Made by a program: the position numbers and the translations under genes
Assembly (NCBI GenBank): GCA_013333845.2
Contig: JABCNZ020000010.1
Span: 1 to 43,453 of the forward strand
Origin: Candidatus Saccharimonadota bacterium
GTDB taxonomy: Bacteria > Patescibacteriota > Saccharimonadia > Saccharimonadales > Saccharimonadaceae
Reading direction: 5' to 3'
Length of the DNA: 43,453 nucleotides
Notes under the pieces: generated by a model
The model's database searches: none
Seen by the model: the letters and a program-made list of their open reading frames with translations, nothing else
Told to the model about the DNA's origin: nothing
Shown: positions 28,511 to 37,749 of the stretch, piece after piece
Numbering within the stretch: the stretch's first letter is position 1
Layout of the letters: every line of letters starts with the position of its first letter

Positions 28511-30919
28511 AGGGCAGATATTACAGTTGTGAAACGCGACGGCAGCCAGCAGCCGTTTGATGCTAACAAAATTAATTTAACTCTGCTGGCAGCTAGCGAA
28601 GGCTTGCCAGACCAAATTACGAAGGTAGCGCAAATAGCGGCCGAATTGCAGTTGACGCTGTTTGATGGCATTACTACCGAGCAGCTTGATGAAGCGCTTA
28701 TTCAGACTGCAGTCCAAAATGTCAAAGACGACCCGGATTTCGATACGATTGCGGCGCGGCTGCTGCTGCGAACTATCTACCGGCAAGTGCTCGGCGATTA
28801 TACTAACAAAACTGAGCTTAAAAAGCTGCATGCGCAAAAGTTTCCCATCTATATTCGCCAAGCCGCTAAAGAGGGTTTACTAGATAAGCGAATGGCTGAT
28901 TCGCAGCTATTTAACCTCAAAAAGCTGGCGGCGGCGCTTGATCCGAGCAAGGATTCGCTCAGCAAGTATCTCGGCGTAGTTACCAACCGCAATCGTTACG
29001 CGCTGCGGCGTCAAAGCGGCGATCCGATCGAGGTGCCGCAGTTCACTAACATGCGTATTGCTATGGGTTTGAGTTTTAACGAAGTCAATCCGACCGAGGC
29101 GGCGATAAAATTTTACCGCCACATGGCTAATCTGGAGTACAGTCCGGGCGGCAGCACGCGGGTTAACGCTGGCGGTTCGTTTCCGCAGCTAAGCAACTGT
29201 TTTGTCATGGAGGTTCAAGACGATATGGCTTCGATAGCCAAAAGTATTCGCGATACCATGTTCATCGCTAAAGGTACTGGCGGTATCGGCATTAGTATGA
29301 ATAAGCTGCGCGCCGCCGGCAGTCCTGTTAAAACCACCAATACCGAGTCAACTGGTCCGATTCCATTTATGAAAATGATTGATACGGCGCTGTTTGCGGT
29401 GTCGCGCAAGGGCAAGAAAGCGGGTGCGGCGGCAGCATATATGGAGAATTGGCACCTTAATTTTTCGCAATTCCTCGATTTGCGCCAGAATTCGGGCGAT
29501 CCGTATTTGCGGACGCGATTTCTAGATACGGCGGTGTTTATTTCGGATGAGTTTATGAAGCGCGTCCAAGGCGGGCAGGACTGGTATTTGTTTGATCCGG
29601 CTGAAGTCGGCGACTTAAACGAACTATACGGCGAAGCGTTTAGCCGCCGCTACCAAGAATACATCAAGCTAGCAGAAGCCGGCAAAATTAACCGCTTCGA
29701 AGTCGTGCCAGCCCGCCAACAATTCCGCCAGATTCTCAGTAGTCTGCAAGCGACTGGACACCCTTGGCTAACCTGGAAGGATACCATCAATTTGCGGGCG
29801 CTCAACAATAACACCGGGACAATCCATCTCAGTAATTTGTGCACCGAAATAACTTTGCCCGAAGACGAAAATAATATTGCGACCTGTAATCTGGTTAGTA
29901 TGAATTTGTCAGCTTTTCTCAATGCTGATAAGACTTGGGATTGGGATCGTTTGGCGGTATCAGTGCGCTCCGCCACGCGCCAGTTGGATAACTTGATTGA
30001 TATCACGAACACGCCAGTTACCGAAGCTATGCATAGTAATGAGCATAATCGAGCGCTCGGGCTCGGCTATATGGGCCTATCGGACGTTTTGGAGAAGCTA
30101 GAGATTAGTTATGAAAGCGAGGCTGCCTACGATCTGGTTGACCAGCTAACTGAATTTATCAGCTACCATGCCATTGATGAATCAGCCAATCTAGCAGCTG
30201 AGCGCGGCAGCTATCCGAACTTTGCTGGCAGCGGCTGGAGCAAGGGCCTACTGCCTATCGATACTGTTGATAAACTTACAACAGAGCGCGGCGTTAAGGT
30301 AAAAATTGATAGTAAATTGCGCCTGGATTGGGAAGTGCTGCGCCAAAAAGTCAAAAAAGGCATGCGTAACGCAACTTTGATGGCGATCGCACCGACAGCT
30401 AATATCTCGCATGTGGCGGGTACGACGCCAGGACTTGACCCGCAGTTTAGCCAAATCTTTAGCCGCAGTACGCTCAACGGCAAATTCCTAGAGGTTAATG
30501 CTAATTTGGTGCGTAAACTCAAACAACTTAATCTGTTGTAATCTCTCAAAGACGACTTGTTGGCGAATCAGGGCGATATTCAAGGTTTCGAGCAAATTCC
30601 GCAAGCAGTCCGCGACGTCTACAAAACTAGTTTTCAGCTGAGCCCGTACGCCTTTATTGAGGTGGCAGCGCGAGCGCAAAAATGGGTCGACCAAGCAATT
30701 AGCCGCAATATGTACCTGGAGTCGCGCGATATTGATGAATATATCGAAATCTATTCAGAAGCGTGGCGCCGTGGTTTGAAAACGACATATTATCTGCATG
30801 TCAAACCGCGCCACCAATCCGAGCAAACCACTGTCACATCGCAATCAGTGCAGAAAGTTCGTACCGACAGCGCTAAAAGGGTAAGCGGTTTTGGCTTTGC
30901 TCGGCGCAAACAATCATAA
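28511..30919 (+). CDS. nrdA: Ribonucleoside-diphosphate reductase alpha subunit with ATP cone; in-frame TAA at 30539-30541; no C-terminal CxxC
   Basis: VVKRDG ATP cone, QLSNCFV, SNLCTEI, ATCNL, AIAPTA, DQAISRN, LKTTYYL. ORFs 28529..30541 and 30557..30919 share a frame. The expected start at 28511 reads AGG; the GTG at 28529 is the alternative. Confidence 0.9.
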
Positions 30920-30952
30920 ACGTTGCTAAAATCACAATAATAAGGAGGAAAT

Positions 30953-31951
30953 ATGACGCAAACAACACAACCGCAAGGTATTTTGGGATCAGGCCTGCGC
31001 GACGGCTTGCAACTCAAGCCAGTACGCTACCAATGGGCAATGGATTTGTATAATCAGGCAGTTGCTAACACTTGGTTTCCGAATGAAGTACAGCTAGTGC
31101 AAGATCTGGCGGCGTTCGAGAAGCTGACCGACGACGAAAAACACGCGTTGAAGACGGTAATCAGTTATCTGAACCCAAACGAATTACTTATCAATAAGTC
31201 GTTAGCTTTTGGTATCTATCCGTACGTCAATGCCGCCGAGGCGCACTTATATCTGTCGAAGCAGATGTGGGAAGAAGCTAACCACTTTATGACCTTTGAA
31301 TACATTATCGAAACGTTTCCGTTTGATCGCCAAGAAATTTACGCGGCAGGCTACGGCAAGAAAAGCCTAAAAGACAAGTCTGATTTCCAAACCAAGTATG
31401 TCGGCCGCATGTTGAATGATAAGCTGGATGTTACTACTACCGAGGGTAAAAAAGATTTTGTGCGCAATCTGGTAGCTTATAATATTGTGCTCGAAGGTAT
31501 TTGGTTTTATAGCGGTTTTATGGTTGGCATGAGTTTTCGCCGGCGTAATTTGCTGCGTAATGTTGGCAGTTTGCTAGATTGGATTACTAAGGATGAAAAT
31601 CTACATTTAACTTTCGGCATTAACTTGCTGTTGACAATTCTTGACGAGAATCCAGATTTGCAGACGCAAGAATTCGCCGACGAGATTCGCGATCTGATTT
31701 TGCAGGCGGTAGCGCTTGAAGAGGCTTATAACAAAGACATGCTACCAAAGGGTATCTTGGGCTTGAATGCGGATTATGTGAACCAGTATGTCAAGTTCAT
31801 GACTGACCGCCGCCTAGAAGAATTAGGCTTCGAGAAAGAATACAATGTAGCTAATCCAGCCAAGTGGATGGCGGCGGCCAACGATACGCTTGAATTGGTT
31901 AATTTCTTTGAAAGCACCAATACTAATTATGAAGTTAACACCGTAAAGTAG
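30953..31951 (+). CDS. nrdB: Ribonucleotide reductase beta subunit with class Ic (R2c)-like residues
   Basis: NPNELL (Glu ligand), EEANHFMTF (Phe at the radical-Tyr site), LEGIWFYSGF, DENLH, NFFE...NY; AAGGAGG RBS. Confidence 0.93.
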   Translation: MTQTTQPQGILGSGLRDGLQLKPVRYQWAMDLYNQAVANTWFPNEVQLVQDLAAFEKLTDDEKHALKTVISYLNPNELLINKSLAFGIYPYVNAAEAHLYLSKQMWEEANHFMTFEYIIETFPFDRQEIYAAGYGKKSLKDKSDFQTKYVGRMLNDKLDVTTTEGKKDFVRNLVAYNIVLEGIWFYSGFMVGMSFRRRNLLRNVGSLLDWITKDENLHLTFGINLLLTILDENPDLQTQEFADEIRDLILQAVALEEAYNKDMLPKGILGLNADYVNQYVKFMTDRRLEELGFEKEYNVANPAKWMAAANDTLELVNFFESTNTNYEVNTVK

Positions 31952-31963
31952 CAGTTTTAGCAA

Positions 31964-31991
31964 TTGAATAAGCGGCTTATTAGCCTATAAT
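31964..31991 (+). promoter_or_regulatory. Sigma70-type promoter of the small ORF after nrdB
   Basis: TTGAAT-16 nt-TATAAT, then AAAGGGGG RBS. Confidence 0.6.
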
Positions 31992-32014
31992 GAATATAAG
32001 CAAAGGGGGAAATA

Positions 32015-32188
32015 ATGAATCCATCAGCGATAATTAACGACGACATGACGCTTGAGGAAAAACTCGAGGCGATTGAACGCGAGATAGCCAAAGCGCAAGC
32101 TGAAGCCGATCAAAAAGCTGAAGCTGACGGCCTACCATCAGCGCCAATTGATCCGGCAACACTAACTATGTGCGAGGGTCGCCAATAG
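32015..32188 (+). CDS. 57-aa protein resembling a free-standing NrdA C-terminal redox tail
   Basis: MNPSAIINDDMTLEEKLEAIEREIAKAQAEADQKAEADGLPSAPIDPATLTMCEGRQ; RBS and promoter present; missed by the ORF track (<60 aa). Confidence 0.8.
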   Translation: MNPSAIINDDMTLEEKLEAIEREIAKAQAEADQKAEADGLPSAPIDPATLTMCEGRQ

Positions 32189-32190
32189 AC

Positions 32191-32206
32191 ACGCTACATA
32201 TAGCGT
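32191..32206 (+). promoter_or_regulatory. NrdR-box-like palindrome in the pyrG promoter
   Basis: ACGCTACATATAGCGT, near-perfect palindrome just upstream of TGCTATAAT. Confidence 0.55.
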
Positions 32207-32237
32207 ACTCTAAGCGGTTATGCTATAATAAGGGCCC

Positions 32238-33836
32238 ATGAAAGAGCAATCATACATGGGCAAACAGACAAAATATATCTTCGTAACTGGCGGCGTTCTC
32301 TCGGGGGTAGGAAAGGGAATTACCGCTGCGAGCATCGGCGCGGTTCTCCAGGCCAAGGGTATCAAAGTCTCAATTCAGAAATGCGACCCGTATCTCAATG
32401 TGGATGCAGGTTTGCTTAATCCGGCAGAGCACGGCGAATGCTTCGTGACGCGCGACGGTGCCGAGACCGACCTTGACCTCGGCCATTACGAGCGGTTTCT
32501 AGATATAGAGTTGACGCAGAAAAACGCTACGCTGGCGGGACGCTTATTGTCAGAGCTGATTGCCGATGAACGCGCCGGTAAATTTCACGGCAAAACTGTC
32601 CAACTAATCCCGCACTTAACGCATGCCATTCAAGAGTCAATCATTGCGGCTGGCGAAGGCAGCGATGTGCACATCGTAGAAATCGGCGGTACAGTGGGCG
32701 ACTACGAGGGGTTAAGCTTCATCGAGGCGATTCGCGAATTTGCTCACAAAATTGGTAAGGAACGCTGTTTATACGCGCATGTGGTTTATGTGCCGTTTAT
32801 TGATACCAGTAAGGAATTCAAGAGCAAGCCGGCGCAAAATGCCTTAAACGATTTGCGCGGTTTCGGTATCGTGCCAGAGATTGTGGTTGTCCGCAGCGAC
32901 GAGCCAGCGCCTGAGTCAGTTGCTCAAAAAATTGCTTTGTACGGTGGTGTTGACTTGCCGGGAGTGCTGATGCTGCCAAATCTCGATACCGTATTTATGA
33001 TTCCCGAGCGGATAGCCGCTAGCCCATTGATGACCATTCTCGATAAGTTCACTGGTAATTTTGCTCAGCCGAATCTCGCGAAATGGCAAGCGTTAACTCA
33101 ATTGCAAAGCAAAAAGCCAACTGATATCGTGACTGTCGGTTTAGTTGCTAAGTATATGGAAAACAAGGATACTTATCTGTCGGTGACCGAGGCGCTCAAG
33201 AGTGCGACTTGGCACGAGAATGTTGGTCTGCACATCAAGTGGCTCAATGCCGAAACAGTTACCGAGCGCGATTTCGAGACGGTTGATGCTCTGCTGGTGC
33301 CAGGCGGCTTTGGTCCGCGCGGGATTGAGGGCAAGATTGCGGCGGCGCAGTATGCGCTTGAGCGCGACGTGCCGTATTTGGGGATTTGCTTAGGTTTGCA
33401 GACAGCGGTAATTGCGGCGGCGCGGCGAGCCGGGCTCGACGATGCTAACAGCACGGAGTTTGACGATGCTACGACGCATGATGTGGTGTATATTATGCCT
33501 GGCCAAGAGGGCAAAGAATCGACTGGCGGTACGTTGCGGCTGGGCAATTATCCGGCAGTATTCACGCCAGGGTCGCTTGCTTCCAAAGTATATCAGTCGG
33601 ATCATACCGAGGAGCGCCACCGCCACCGATATGAGGTGAATCAGCAATTTCTAGATGAGATTGCCCGCGGTGGCGTGGCGGTGTCGGGCTTATCGCCAGA
33701 CGGGAGGCTAGTCGAATTTGTCGAGGCGCCAAATTGCCGCTATTTTGTCGCAACGCAAGCGCACCCCGAGTTTCGTTCGCGGCCAATGCGGCCGCATCCA
33801 CTGTTTGCTGGACTGATTAGAGCGGCTGTCTCTTGA
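32238..33836 (+). CDS. pyrG: CTP synthase
   Basis: KYIFVTGGVLSGVGKG, ETDLDLGHYERF, GICLGLQ, RHRHRYE, QAHPEF. Confidence 0.97.
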   Translation: MKEQSYMGKQTKYIFVTGGVLSGVGKGITAASIGAVLQAKGIKVSIQKCDPYLNVDAGLLNPAEHGECFVTRDGAETDLDLGHYERFLDIELTQKNATLAGRLLSELIADERAGKFHGKTVQLIPHLTHAIQESIIAAGEGSDVHIVEIGGTVGDYEGLSFIEAIREFAHKIGKERCLYAHVVYVPFIDTSKEFKSKPAQNALNDLRGFGIVPEIVVVRSDEPAPESVAQKIALYGGVDLPGVLMLPNLDTVFMIPERIAASPLMTILDKFTGNFAQPNLAKWQALTQLQSKKPTDIVTVGLVAKYMENKDTYLSVTEALKSATWHENVGLHIKWLNAETVTERDFETVDALLVPGGFGPRGIEGKIAAAQYALERDVPYLGICLGLQTAVIAAARRAGLDDANSTEFDDATTHDVVYIMPGQEGKESTGGTLRLGNYPAVFTPGSLASKVYQSDHTEERHRHRYEVNQQFLDEIARGGVAVSGLSPDGRLVEFVEAPNCRYFVATQAHPEFRSRPMRPHPLFAGLIRAAVS

Positions 33837-33867
33837 CAAATTATACTACTTATGCTAATATGAGAAT

Positions 33868-34032
33868 ATGGCAGAAGAAGAAAAACAAAAAGTAGAAGAT
33901 TTCGAGCCAACTTACAACGAGAGCAGCGACGATACAGCGATGTTGCGAGCGGTGCTGCAATCGGATCATGCTCGTAATATTACGCCAGTATCGGTGTATC
34001 GCCAGCCAGATTTTGACGGCACGGAAGATTAA
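33868..34032 (+). CDS. 54-aa acidic small protein, leaderless
   Basis: MAEEEKQKVEDFEPTYNESSDDTAMLRAVLQSDHARNITPVSVYRQPDFDGTED; TTGACA-17 nt-TAATAT then 6 nt to ATG. Confidence 0.65.
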   Translation: MAEEEKQKVEDFEPTYNESSDDTAMLRAVLQSDHARNITPVSVYRQPDFDGTED

Positions 34033-34060
34033 CTGTAGTAAAAGTGTTATAATATGGTCT

Positions 34061-35701
34061 ATGATTGATTGTGTTATTACACTGGAGAAAATAATTGACA
34101 AACTGTATCAGCAGCAGGTTGATGTGCAGTTAACGCGCCCCGATCCAAAATTCGGCGACTTTGCGACGAATGTGGCGCTGCAGTTAGCCAAGCCGCTGGG
34201 TAAGAATCCGCGCGAGATTGCCGAGGCGATTGCTGAGGAGCTGCGCGGCCGCCAGGAGTTTAGCGAGGTTAGTGTGGCTGGGCCGGGCTTCATCAACGTG
34301 ACGTTAAGCGACCAAGCGGTGTTGGAGTTGCTGAAAGTGCGGCCAGCGACTAATCGTGCAGGAAAAACAGTGGTCATTGAGACCAATTGTCCAAATCCGT
34401 TTAAAGCCATGCACATCGGCCACGCGCTGAACTCGATTTTGGCGGATACCATGGCGAACTTGCTGGCGGTGGACGGCGCGGCGGTGCATCGGGTCAGTTA
34501 CCACGGCGATGTCGGCACGCATGTCGGCAAGAGCATGTGGGCGATTTTGCGCGAAATTGACGGTGACGTCAGCAAGCTAGATGCTATTCCAGCCGACAAG
34601 CGCAACGAATTTATGAGCCGTATGTACGTTGAAGGCGCACGAGCGGCTAAAGAATCGCCAAAGGCACGGGCAGAAATTGATGAGCTAGCTAAGCAATCGT
34701 TTGTGTTGGACGATCCGCTGTATAAGCAGGTGTATGAGATTTGTAAGGCCTGGAGCTTTGATGAAATTGACGCCAATGTGGCGCGGCTAGGTAATGTGCC
34801 AATTGAACGGCGTTATGTCGAGAGCGAGACTGAAGTGCCGGGCAAGGCCTTGATTAAGGCCAAAACCCCAGAGGTCTTTACCAAATCAGATGGTGCGTAC
34901 ATTTTCAAGGGCAGCCAATACGGTGCGTTTGATAATGTGTTCATCGGTTCGCACGGCAACGGACTATACGGCGCGCACGATATGGGGCTGATTCAGCTGA
35001 AACATCAAGATTATCCGAACTTGGACTTGTCGATTACCGTCAACGGCGAAGAGCAGGCGGCGTATTTCCGCGGGGTGATCGCGGCTAGCGAACTCGCAAT
35101 TCCAGAATTGAAAGGTAAGTTGTTTAATTATGCGACTGGTTTGGTCAAATTAACAACCGGCAAGATGAGTTCGCGCACTGGCGAGGTAATCACTATCGAT
35201 TGGCTGTTCAACGAATTCAAAAAGGCCATCAAGCAAGCTGGCGGCGAGCCGACCGACGCGGTGGTGGCGGGTGCGCTGCGCTATCAATTCTTGAAGGTGA
35301 AAATCGGTAGCGACGTCGTGTTTGACATTAACGACGCGGTTAGCTTGACGGGTAACACTGGTAGCTATCTGCAATACGCACACGCTCGGGCGCGGGGAAT
35401 TTTGGCGAAATCTGAACAAACGGTTGTATTCCCGACGGAATTGTTCGATGAAGATCGGCTGTTAGTCAGGAAAATGAGCGAATACGCTGAGGCGGTTAAC
35501 CGCGCTACCGAAAGTTTGGAGCCGCATCATATCTGTGCCTACCTGTTTGAGCTGGCACAGGAGTTCAATCGTTACTATGAGAAGAATCAAGTTGTCGGCA
35601 GCGACAAAGAAGCGCATCGGGTTGGTTTGGTGGCGGTGTATGCTGATATTTTGAAGGCGGGACTGACGATTTTGGGTATCGCGGCGCCGGAGCGCTTGTA
35701 G
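34061..35701 (+). CDS. argS: Arginine--tRNA ligase
   Basis: FGDFATN, AGPGFIN, PNPFKAMHIGH, KMSSRTG, YLQYAHAR; start 7 nt after TATAAT. Confidence 0.95.
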   Translation: MIDCVITLEKIIDKLYQQQVDVQLTRPDPKFGDFATNVALQLAKPLGKNPREIAEAIAEELRGRQEFSEVSVAGPGFINVTLSDQAVLELLKVRPATNRAGKTVVIETNCPNPFKAMHIGHALNSILADTMANLLAVDGAAVHRVSYHGDVGTHVGKSMWAILREIDGDVSKLDAIPADKRNEFMSRMYVEGARAAKESPKARAEIDELAKQSFVLDDPLYKQVYEICKAWSFDEIDANVARLGNVPIERRYVESETEVPGKALIKAKTPEVFTKSDGAYIFKGSQYGAFDNVFIGSHGNGLYGAHDMGLIQLKHQDYPNLDLSITVNGEEQAAYFRGVIAASELAIPELKGKLFNYATGLVKLTTGKMSSRTGEVITIDWLFNEFKKAIKQAGGEPTDAVVAGALRYQFLKVKIGSDVVFDINDAVSLTGNTGSYLQYAHARARGILAKSEQTVVFPTELFDEDRLLVRKMSEYAEAVNRATESLEPHHICAYLFELAQEFNRYYEKNQVVGSDKEAHRVGLVAVYADILKAGLTILGIAAPERL

Positions 35702-35788
35702 GGTTACGTTGTAAGGTCGCGGAATAAACTAATACGAGCGATTTATCACAAGAAACCAGGTTATAATCAAACAGTTAAAGGAGGCTAA

Positions 35789-36196
35789 ATGCCATCAGAA
35801 ACAGTCAAAAAAGCCAAAAAATCAGCTGCCAAAAAGCTAGCTGACAAAAAATTGGCGCAAACAATAGTTAAAGACACCCATATGGGAGGTTTCGTTAATT
35901 TTGTCCGCGAACAGGGTATAGTCGGTCTAGCGGTTGGTTTGGCGATTGGTACAGCAGATGGCGATACGGTGAAAAAGTTGGTGACGGCAGTTATTGACCC
36001 GCTAGTACAGCTGATCGTCGGCTCGCAAAAAGGCTTGCAGGCGGCATCGTTTACCGTCGAAATTGCTGGTCGCAAAGCTGAATTTCTCTACGGCGCGTTT
36101 GTCAGTTCGCTGATTACACTGCTAGCGGTGGCCTTTGTGGTGTATGCGATTGTGCACTTTTTCAAGCTGGATAAATTAGATAAGAAGAAAGATTAA
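35789..36196 (+). CDS. mscL: Large-conductance mechanosensitive channel family protein
   Basis: FVREQGIVGLAVGLAIG, LVTAVIDPLV, YGAFVSSLI; AAGGAGG RBS. Confidence 0.85.
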   Translation: MPSETVKKAKKSAAKKLADKKLAQTIVKDTHMGGFVNFVREQGIVGLAVGLAIGTADGDTVKKLVTAVIDPLVQLIVGSQKGLQAASFTVEIAGRKAEFLYGAFVSSLITLLAVAFVVYAIVHFFKLDKLDKKKD

Positions 36197-36258
36197 CATT
36201 TTTGAGGCTCGGCCGTGGCTTGACGGAACGGCGGTCATTGCGGCGATTATTAAAAATG

Positions 36259-36963
36259 CTAACTAATCAGCGTACCGACTGTCTCGCCGCGGGCGGCTCG
36301 GGCGATATTACCGTTGGTGAGGAGGTCGCAGATGATAACTGGGATATGTTCGTCCATGGCTAGGCCGATGGCGGCTTTGTCCATGACGGCGATGTCGGGA
36401 TTGGTCAGGGCTTCGTGATAGCTGAGCTGATCAAATTTGGTAGCATCAGGGAATTTGGCAGGATCTTTATCGTACACTCCATCAACTTTCGTTGTTTTAA
36501 TCACAACGTCGCACTGCATTTCTAAAGCTAGGTTCAGGGCGGCAGTGTCAGTGGTCAGGAACGGCCGGCCAGTGCCGCAGGCAACGATGACCACGCGGCC
36601 CTTTTCGATGTGGCTGAGGGCGCGGCGAAAGGTGTATTGGTCGATAAATTGATTAATTTCGACGGTGGACAGGGCGCGGGTTGGCAAGCCAGCATCGTTG
36701 AAGACATCAGCCAGGGCGATGGCGTTCATTAGGGTAGAGAGCATGCCGATATTATGGGCCGAGACAGGCTGAATGCCATGGCCGACGATTTGGTTGCCGC
36801 GGACGTAATTGCCGCCGCCAACCATGATGACGACTTCGGCGCCAGTTTCTAGTGCTGGTTTAATTTGTTCGGCGATCCAGCGGGCCCGTTTGGGGTCGAA
36901 GCCGCTGGTGAACTCGCCCTGGAGCTGCTCGCCAGAGAGTTTGAGGAGAATACGTTTGGTCAT
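36259..36963 (-). CDS. pyrH: UMP kinase
   Basis: RILLKLSGE, VGGGN, GRPFLTTDT, KVDGVYDKDP; start MTKR 6 nt after TATACT. Confidence 0.95.
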   Translation of the reverse strand: MTKRILLKLSGEQLQGEFTSGFDPKRARWIAEQIKPALETGAEVVIMVGGGNYVRGNQIVGHGIQPVSAHNIGMLSTLMNAIALADVFNDAGLPTRALSTVEINQFIDQYTFRRALSHIEKGRVVIVACGTGRPFLTTDTAALNLALEMQCDVVIKTTKVDGVYDKDPAKFPDATKFDQLSYHEALTNPDIAVMDKAAIGLAMDEHIPVIICDLLTNGNIARAARGETVGTLIS

Positions 36964-37060
36964 GGGTTTAGTATAACACGAGAGGCTCTTACGTGTATTT
37001 ATCATGCATTCAAATCGGGATATTATATTGGTAAATATTCTAGTAATACCTACAACAGTG

Positions 37061-37238
37061 TGTTATAATAGTAACGAGGGGCTGGTTGATGATCGGCCTC
37101 TGGCGCATTTTAGAATATAGACGGCAGAATCCGAGCTCTCTTTAGTACTGTGAAATGGTGGTTTTCACGGCGCTAAAGAGGGCTCGGTAACGGATCGGGC
37201 TCCACTATAGCCCCGGACGGGGCAGAGAGGAGGCCGAG
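37061..37238 (+). ncRNA. Candidate structured 5' leader or ncRNA
   Basis: TGTTATAAT followed by hairpins, including a ~25-bp stem at 37131-37187 with G-U pairs. Confidence 0.4.
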
Positions 37239-37568
37239 ATGGCCGAGGATCAGGAATTCTTCCTGCCTCCCCTGCTGGCTAGGAGGGTCATTGGCTTGCT
37301 CCCGACTCGGTACCTAGGGGTGCCGAGTTTGGAGATCAAGCGACAGGTCGGTGTAGTTCGACCTGTCGCTGTGTACATCTTTACCAAAATGAATCTCCCA
37401 TCTTCGGGTGACTTCATTATGGTTAAGATGAATTTCTCGGGCATTGGATGCCTGAGAAGCATCAAGTACGGAGAAGTGTTCGAGGCCTCCGTTATGTATT
37501 TGGGCCTCGACCCGTGGAGGGTCGTTAGAGAGGTTTTTGGGCGGCTGCCGCCCGAATCCAAGCGATAA
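37239..37568 (+). CDS. Hypothetical orphan protein
   Basis: 109 aa; strong GAGGAGG RBS; flanked by structured UTRs. Confidence 0.55.
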   Translation: MAEDQEFFLPPLLARRVIGLLPTRYLGVPSLEIKRQVGVVRPVAVYIFTKMNLPSSGDFIMVKMNFSGIGCLRSIKYGEVFEASVMYLGLDPWRVVREVFGRLPPESKR

Positions 37569-37637
37569 ACTCTCCCATCCCGCCCCGGCAGGGATTGTCC
37601 GGCCGTTTTCGGCTGCAATCTCCGCCGGGGCGGCAGA

Positions 37638-37669
37638 CCCCTCTTCGCGCCAGGAGGGGTATTTCTTTG
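37638..37669 (+). terminator. Intrinsic terminator
   Basis: CCCCTC/GAGGGG stem followed by TATTTCTTT. Confidence 0.6.
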
Positions 37670-37749
37670 TATTAGAGCGCTTGCTGTAGCAGGCGCCAGA
37701 ACAGTTTTTGCAAGATTACTACGATGCCAAAAAGTAGTATACTAGAAGT

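Noticed and set aside
37250..37618. Antisense 122-aa ORF as the real gene
   Set aside because: Promoter, RBS and terminator all orient with the plus-strand 109-aa ORF.
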